Of a DNA stretch of 64,000 nucleotides, positions 58,590 to 64,000 are shown piece after piece. The DNA is from Anthoceros angustus (Eukaryota; Plantae; Anthocerotophyta), in assembly GCA_010909165.1 (NCBI GenBank), contig MU008236.1, positions 1 to 64,000 on the forward strand, written 5' to 3'. Numbering within the stretch: position 1 is the stretch's first letter; each line of letters starts with the position of its first letter. Position numbers and translations under genes: made by a program. The notes under the pieces are model-generated. The model was not told where the DNA came from. It ran no database searches and worked only from the letters and a program-made list of their open reading frames with translations.

Positions 58590-59250
58590 GCTGGATTTGG
58601 CGATGTCTATGTGCAAGGAGAGATTCAACCTCAATTTTGCATCCACGAGGTGCGGCGGGGGGGCAAGGTGGGAGGAGGAGGAGGAGGAGGAGGAGGAGGA
58701 AGGGAGGAGGGGAGGAAGGGAGGAGGAGGAAGGGAGGAGGAGGAAGGAGGAGGAGGAAGGAGGAGGAGGAAGGAGGAGGAGGAAGGGAGGAGGAGGAAGG
58801 GAGGAGGAGGAAGGGAGGAGGGGAGGAAGGGAGGAGGAAGGAGGAGGAAGGAGGAGGGGAGGAAGGGAGGAGNAAACCTCTTGAGTTGGTTCACGGTGAT
58901 GTATGTGGACCTATGCTCTCATCATTAGGTGGTGCCTATTTTGTCACTTTCATAGATGATTTCTCGCAGGTGTGGGTTTATCCTTTGAGGAAAAAGGATG
59001 AAGTTAGCGGTGTTTGAATTTGTCACCCTTAGAAATCGATCGATTGAAGTGTCTAACGGATAATGGTGGAAGTATGTTTCTTTCGGTCATTACGTGATTC
59101 CAAGGGAATCAAAAGAAATTAGTATCTCCTCCACAAAATGGTGTGTGGGCGGATGAAACGAGAACCATTCGAGAGGATCGTGGTTGTTGTCAAACTCTGG
59201 ATTGCCTAATGGGTTTTAGGGGGCGAGCTTTTCTACTAATCATCTTATTA
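58590..59250 (+). mobile_element. Copia integrase fragment interrupted by a ~200-bp polypurine tract (~58671-58872)
   Basis: [28 protein letters not shown] follows the GGA/GGAAG-rich tract and an N at 58873. Confidence 0.8.
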
Positions 59251-59303
59251 AGATCAGGTTGAATTGCTAATGCGAGACGCATCAAAGATGATCTATTAAC
59301 AAT

Positions 59304-62300
59304 TGAATAGGTGGGTACATTGGTAGGCCTTAAATAAGCGGTTACCGAAGGTGCGTCCTATTAACTAGCCTGTTAGTTAATTAACTACCAATCATAACTA
59401 GGTCTAGTCAGACTAACCAACGTGATACAGAACCACGTGGTCTGTCTTATATTCCAACTCTCCCTCTCAGACACGTGCTGGTTGCTGTGAACTGAGAGCT
59501 CCTAAGAACAAACAGAGATCACCGCTGTTGACGCCAAGCTTCAAATATCTCCAAATCGGCTATCACCTAGAGCCAGTCGTCCTTCCACTTGCTGAGCCTG
59601 TAGTCTACAGTGTCTCACAGTGAAGAACACCACTCTTGTGACCAGAAGAGAAGCATGCTTGCAGCTTCGAAACATCAACCTAAGTGACGGAACAAATGTC
59701 ATGGAGGTCCTACCAGATGAGTGATCTGTCTAGTGTCATGAAACTACTACAATCCACCAATCCAAGCCCTTCCTGTGGAAAAGCAGTGTTTGAACTTAGG
59801 CAAGGATTTTGTCAACATCTGTCTCGTGTTGTCGCGATGTACATCGAACCTTGACGATACCCTCTCGCATCCCTAATATAATGATGTTGAATTTGTATAT
59901 GCTTGGTGCGTGCATGAAAGACGGGGTTAGCAACCAAAGCAATTGCGACATGTTGTCAACGCAAAATAGTTGGCCCTTCTTGCTTCATACCCAAATCTTC
60001 ACAAAGCTTTCTTTCCCATTCAAGCCTCCTTAGTAGCTTCGGTGAGTGCCTTGTACTGGACTGCTGAAGATAAAGATATGGCAGCTTGTTTTCTACAAGA
60101 CCAATTAACTACGTGGCCAAGCAAGAAAGCAATATCGATATACTCTTACGTATCAGAAGCCAATCTGCGTCATAACAAGTAAGGTGCGACGCTTCTTTCC
60201 GCTTATAAACATAACAAAAATTGGGTGTACCCTTAAGATACCTCATTATGCGCTTGAGTGCTATCCAGTGATCCTTCCCTGGATTCGTAGAGAACTGTGC
60301 AACAGCATTCACTTAGTTAGAGATATCGGGTCTTGTCTGATTACTTAAGAACATAAGAGTACCCACTCCCATGCGATAAGGAATATTTTCCATCTCCTTC
60401 TTGTCCTCTTCAGATTGTGGACATGATGCGGACGAGAGCTTGATGCCAAGAGCACTGAGTGGTGCGCCTAGCATTCTCCATGTTGAACGTTTGAGCATAC
60501 CGACCGTATCTGATGAAGGTAAATAGCACACACTATCTCTGTACATGCATGCCAAGGATATACTTAACCTTTCCCAGGTCCTTCATCTCGAATTCCTTCG
60601 AGGTCGTCTTGATCTTGTTGACTAGTTCTCGTTATTTCCTTGAATGACTAAGTCATCCACGTAAAGAGCAACTAGCACAAGTGAGCTATCCTTGCGTAGT
60701 ACATAGATGTTAGTATCTGCCTCACTTTGGATAAAACCCAGTTGCTTAAGATAGGAATCCATTCTCTCAAACCACACACGTGGGCTTTGCTTAAGTCCAT
60801 AGATGGAGCGATTAAGTTTACACACCTTGTGCGGGTACGTCTTATCTTCAAAGTCCTGAGGCTGATCCATGTAGATCTCCTCTTGAAGATGTCCATAGAG
60901 AAATGCCGTACACACATCTAGCTGATAGATCTCTAAGTTGAGTTCAGCACATAGAGCTAGAAGCATCCTAACTGATGCAGCTTTAACTACGGGTGAGTAG
61001 ACCTTATCGCCCTGATAATCAACTCCCTCTTTCTGACTATACGCCTTAGCCACTAATCTTGCTTTGTAGCGGATTCTAGGCTCAACTTCCTGGAACTTAG
61101 TCTTAAGAACCCATTTGCATTTGACGGTAGTTCTACCCCTAGGCAGGCTGACCAGAGACCAGGTATTGTTTTTTATTAATGAGTTATACTCATCATCGAC
61201 GGCCAGCTTCCATTTAGCTGCCTCGGGTCTGGAGTAAGCCTCCTGTAAGGTTAAAGGATCTCCCTCTGCTGCAGCAACACTTAAGGCAAAGAGAGTATCC
61301 GAGACACCAACATAGGTCAATCCAGCTTGATTAAACTCAATGTCAAATGGTTGTTCCTTCCAGATGCCTAGGTCTCTCACGTGTAGGATCTAGCGGAGCG
61401 GAGCCTAGGAGGGGATGGAGGAGTGATCAAACCTAGATCAACATGTTCAACGGCACCTGTTGCTATGGATCTTTCTGTTGCTCCCTCGTGGTTTATCTCC
61501 ACTTCCCCCTCTCGAGCGAGCAGGTGCACGGGTGGGCGCATGTGAAGCAGACCAACAACGGCACTGAATCTGCTGGAGGGAGAGGAGCCACAGGAGGCAT
61601 AGGAAAAACAGCAGCAGGAAACGTAGAAGGCAGAACAAGGTGATCAATAGAAATGTCACCAGACGAGCGGGGAGTGCTGGAGCCAGAAGGAGCACCGGGA
61701 AGGACGTCAGAGGAAGACTTCAATGACATTACAAGAGCAGGCACTATCTTGGCCTCATCAAAGGTGACAGTGCGGGCATAGATTGGAGTCCGAGTAAGCA
61801 AGTCCACAAGCTTGTAGGCTTTGCGATCGTCACCATAGCCCACAAACACCAGCTTCCGAGCACGAGGATCAAGCTTGTCACGGTGCTGCTGGGGGACAAG
61901 AGCATAGGCAGGGCAACCAAAAACACGAAGATGTGAAATTAAAGCTTGGTGCCAACACTGTTATGGCGTGCGGCTTGAAACCGACTTGGTAAGAACTCTG
62001 TTTTAATGTATGCCGCGATGACACATCCTCATTAAGGACTTGGGCGGTGAGGCGGGTGAGCATGGCACGGGCCATGGACATCAAATCGCCGTTAGCCTTC
62101 TCACGCCATTACGCCGGAGGTGTAAGGCACGGTGAACGCCTTAAGATGCGCGCTCCTCATAAATCGATGGTTGTTGAGTTCCCCCGCATTGTCGGATCGA
62201 ATACACCGAAGCTTACGGCCAGTCTGTAACTCGGCCATAGCAACAAAGGGTGAGAACACATGATACGAGTCACTCTTAAGACGGATTGGAAACGCAAACG

Positions 62301-64000
62301 TATATCGACTGAAGTCATCAACAACGGTCATAAAATGGTTGGCTCCGCCTAAAGACACAACAGGGAGAGGGCCACATAGATCTATGTGGACCAGATCAAG
62401 GGGTGCCGTAGAACGACTAGCAGGAAGAGAGGGATAAGGAGAACTTCTCTTTGCAAACAGCCGAGGCCTCGAGAGGGAGAAATCCTTGGAAGCTTATCTC
62501 TATCTGAGATCCTGCGAGAGGTGGCAAGCGGTAGGGCATGATGGAATGCCCAAGCACCAAGGAGGGTGTGACCTCCTTTGGTGGGCTTCGTGAGAAGGAC
62601 CACTGTGGAGGCTGCAGGAAACACGGCTCGTGAATACATACAAGTCATGATGGGGACGACCTCGCAGCGATAACGAGGTTAGAAGACCGATATAAAAGCG
62701 ACCCAAAACCGAACTCAAGGCGGAAGCCGTCCCGCACAAGTTGTCGAATGGAGATGAGGTTCTTGGCCATCCGGGGAACATGTAAAACGTTAGATAGATA
62801 CATGAAGGATCTGGCGAGTGAAGACAGCGGAACCACTCCCAATCGAGAGACCGAGTCATCGCCCGGCGGCCTGGCGAGGTCGTGGCCGCCTCGTACTGTG
62901 TGAACATGGTCTTGTGACTACAGATATGCGCTGACGCGGCGGAGTCTATCAGCCATGAAGTTTTGTACTCAGAGGCCACAAGACAAACAGTGAGAGCAAT
63001 CCCAGGTTGAAAAGAGTTCTTGGCCTTAGGCAAGACAGCAACGGCGTTAGCCGTTCAAGGCTCCCGCTTGGCCTCACCAGCTTGTTTCTTCCTGCACTCC
63101 CGTTCCCAATGACCGTGTCGACACATTCACGTTCCTTGCCGCTTTGATGTCTTGACGAGGAAGTGCTGAGAAGCGAGCTTGTCTAAGCCTTGGGAATTGT
63201 TCCCAGTTGTTTTATTAGAATTCTTACTGTGTGGTGGATGTCCTTTAGCGTGAACATGACCGGTCTCCTCCATGTTTTGAAGTCCCGGCGTTGAACTGGC
63301 GAGACTCCTCTTGAAGGAGAGCTCCAGGATCTCGACACGGTAATGTTGGGCACAGCCCGACTTCACACGGGTGAGCATTTCTCCTCGATTTTGTGAGGAG
63401 ACAAAGGTCGGTAGCTAGCCGGAAGGCTAGCGAGTAATAGTGACGGTCAAAATTGATAATGTAGCGACGTGCTCGCAAATCGAAACTTGCTAATATGGTG
63501 AGCAACACTATCGTTAGGTCCCATACGCAAAGAATAAAATTCAAGCGTCTTGTAACCAACGTCATAACATTGGTTGATTGATAGATGTGGTAATTTGCTT
63601 CGCAGTGATGGACGCGCCATCCGTGTGGTGTAAGGTCACCTCATCAAGACCGAGACACAAGCATCACCTGTCTATCTGCCAAACGCGTCAATGGTGGTTG
63701 GGGACCAGGGAGGCGAGTACCTTCCACTATGGGAGTAAATCCCTCTGTATTGTCTTCATGCTTGGACCACACCTCAACTTAGTGCCGTTGAACTGTCCTT
63801 TCCTTGAAGTCGTGTTGGCGTTCACGATGTTGAATGCAGGCCGGTGTCGTAGTAGAAATCGGTGGTGGTGGATGGGTGCACCCCTGGTGGTGGAGTGGGT
63901 GATGGAGGTCGTGAGGTGACCGGAGAGCCATACATGCCCGCCATCTCAAGAGCACTCAAACCGAGCGTGAGCCGGTGGTTATGACAAGGCGTGAGCACGA
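59304..64000 (-). mobile_element. Near-complete Ty1/copia (gag-PR-INT-RT-RH-PPT-3' LTR ~59304-59458), frameshifted; 5' end outside the window
   Basis: DFKEK..FNG gag (~63800), GHWERECRKK knuckle, WLIDSAASAHIC, LRCIRSDNAGE, TWSLVSLPRGRTTVKCKWV..YKARLVAK..LYGLKQSPRVW..LYVDDL and QTRPDISN. PPT GAGAGGGAGAG precedes the LTR. Confidence 0.93.

Noticed and set aside
58305-59017. Poly-Tyr and Glu/Gly/Arg-rich ORFs
   Set aside because: They are translations of the (TTA)n and polypurine tracts.

Overview
Eukaryotic (streptophyte plant-like) genomic window made mostly of nested, fragmented transposons around one real host gene. The gene is a spliced AGO1/10-clade Argonaute on the + strand (37338-48956) with an intact D-E-D-H slicer tetrad. 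Around it lie at least four Ty1/copia remnants, several Ty3/gypsy remnants, and a CACTA (En/Spm) element with TIRs and a 3-bp TSD. The standout is a Ty3/gypsy pol region carrying a C5-cytosine DNA methyltransferase domain between protease and reverse transcriptase (about 29790-30600); motifs I, II, III, IV, VI, VIII, IX and possibly X can be read across frameshifts. A second striking feature is that 1-46.8 kb 'stutters': ten head-to-tail duplications of about 1-2.4 kb, most joined at short microhomologies, with copies differing mainly by homopolymer indels. This points to a long-read assembly artefact, so frameshifts here may not be biological. All domain calls were made by eye from motifs, and no database searches were run. 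Many coordinates are approximate.
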